From a virus: a DNA stretch of 64,000 nucleotides. The notes beneath the pieces are model-generated. The model was not told the origin of the DNA. It saw only the letters and a list, made by a program, of their open reading frames with translations, and did not search any database. Made by a program: the position numbers and the translations under genes. Location: the IMG/VR virus record IMGVR_UViG_3300025707_000004. One strand, given 5' to 3'. Positions 63,479 to 64,000 of the stretch are shown here, one piece after another (position 1 is the first letter of the stretch; each line of letters begins with the position of its first letter).

Positions 63479-64000
63479 GGAGTTTTGGACGTGCGGAGTG
63501 TGCTTCAAGCGGACGGTCAGCCTGACCTACGGGGCGAGATGCTCTCGATGCCGGTCAATCGCGCCCCCGCGCGTCCACGTTACGTGGCTCCAGAATGTGT
63601 GGCAGCGCGGAAGACCAACAACGGTAGGGGCGACACTCTACCGCACGACACGTCGGGGCTTAGTACTAGCCAAGCTGGCTTCGTCCATCGGGACCGCGGT
63701 GAGGAAAACGTACAGACACCCAGTCTATTCTCGCGACGTGTTGTGGGAGACCCGGGTAGTTCCTACGCCCTTCAGGAAGACCGAACGCTGGTGGGTGGTC
63801 GCCTTCATGGACGGGTACAGGTACTCGGGTTGGATGCACCCGGGAGTAGAAGTAAGGAGGCCGTTGGACTCGCTGATGACGTACATAGGTAGAAAGAAGA
63901 TGTTCCAGGTGCGTTTGCCCGAGGAGCTACACCGCTGGCTGAAGGGCTACGCGGCCAAGCACGGAGTCAGCATGACAGAGGTGATGGTCACGTACGTGGA
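63381..64000 (+). CDS. Zn-finger + ribbon-helix-helix protein (partial, runs off the window end)
   Basis: Not in the track because it has no stop. The frame is open from ATG 63381: ...CGVC...CSRC...MFQVRLPEELHRWLKGYAAKHGVSMTEVM, an RHH/CopG pattern. A shorter RHH-only start at 63864 or 63876, after AAGGAGG, is also possible. Confidence 0.55.
   Translation, partial: MPRRRKLAGREFLRQQARRGHKATVLQRSRSSREFWTCGVCFKRTVSLTYGARCSRCRSIAPPRVHVTWLQNVWQRGRPTTVGATLYRTTRRGLVLAKLASSIGTAVRKTYRHPVYSRDVLWETRVVPTPFRKTERWWVVAFMDGYRYSGWMHPGVEVRRPLDSLMTYIGRKKMFQVRLPEELHRWLKGYAAKHGVSMTEVMVTYV

Noticed and set aside
63480-63850. Possible structured ncRNA (several complementary segments, e.g. 63486-63496 with 63567-63577)
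   Set aside because: An uninterrupted frame from ATG 63381, with CxxC pairs and an RHH domain, covers the region. Such stems are expected by chance at high GC, and there are no tmRNA or RNase P signatures.
1-64000. tRNA, rRNA, integrase, transposase, DNA polymerase or tape measure genes
   Set aside because: None was recognised in this window by eye; a tRNAscan/HMM search would be needed to exclude them.

Overview
The window is part of a GC-rich, large tailed-phage (jumbo myophage-like) genome. The + strand from 463 to 46904 is a virion and transcription block: portal, a single-chain beta-beta' multisubunit-type RNA polymerase with an intein, baseplate spike, a modular SNF2 helicase, terminase with a Gln-ending intein, prohead protease, scaffolds, major capsid protein, neck proteins, tail sheath and tail tube. 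It also carries many small basic proteins that share an N-terminal M-x-x-A-R-K-x-x-(V/I/L)-L-E-K-L-A leader. The - strand from 59838 to 46916 is a non-structural block. It holds an apparently complete ubiquitin-like conjugation operon (Ubl ending GG-C, E2-like/Zn-finger, JAB peptidase, ThiF/E1), a gene enclosed by mirror-image arrays of palindromes, a ParB/Spo0J protein, a Ycf46-like AAA ATPase, a degenerate RecA, a radical SAM protein, DUF2997/DUF1257-like proteins and possible spanins. A 15-bp AT-rich palindrome, TATTAG-NNN-CTAATA, occurs at least 14 times across the window, many inside genes, and is a candidate parS-like site. A GGTATAAG element precedes four non-structural transcription units. 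A probable -1 frameshift of the tail-chaperone type is at 62790-62796. All family assignments come from reading motifs by eye; no database searches were run.
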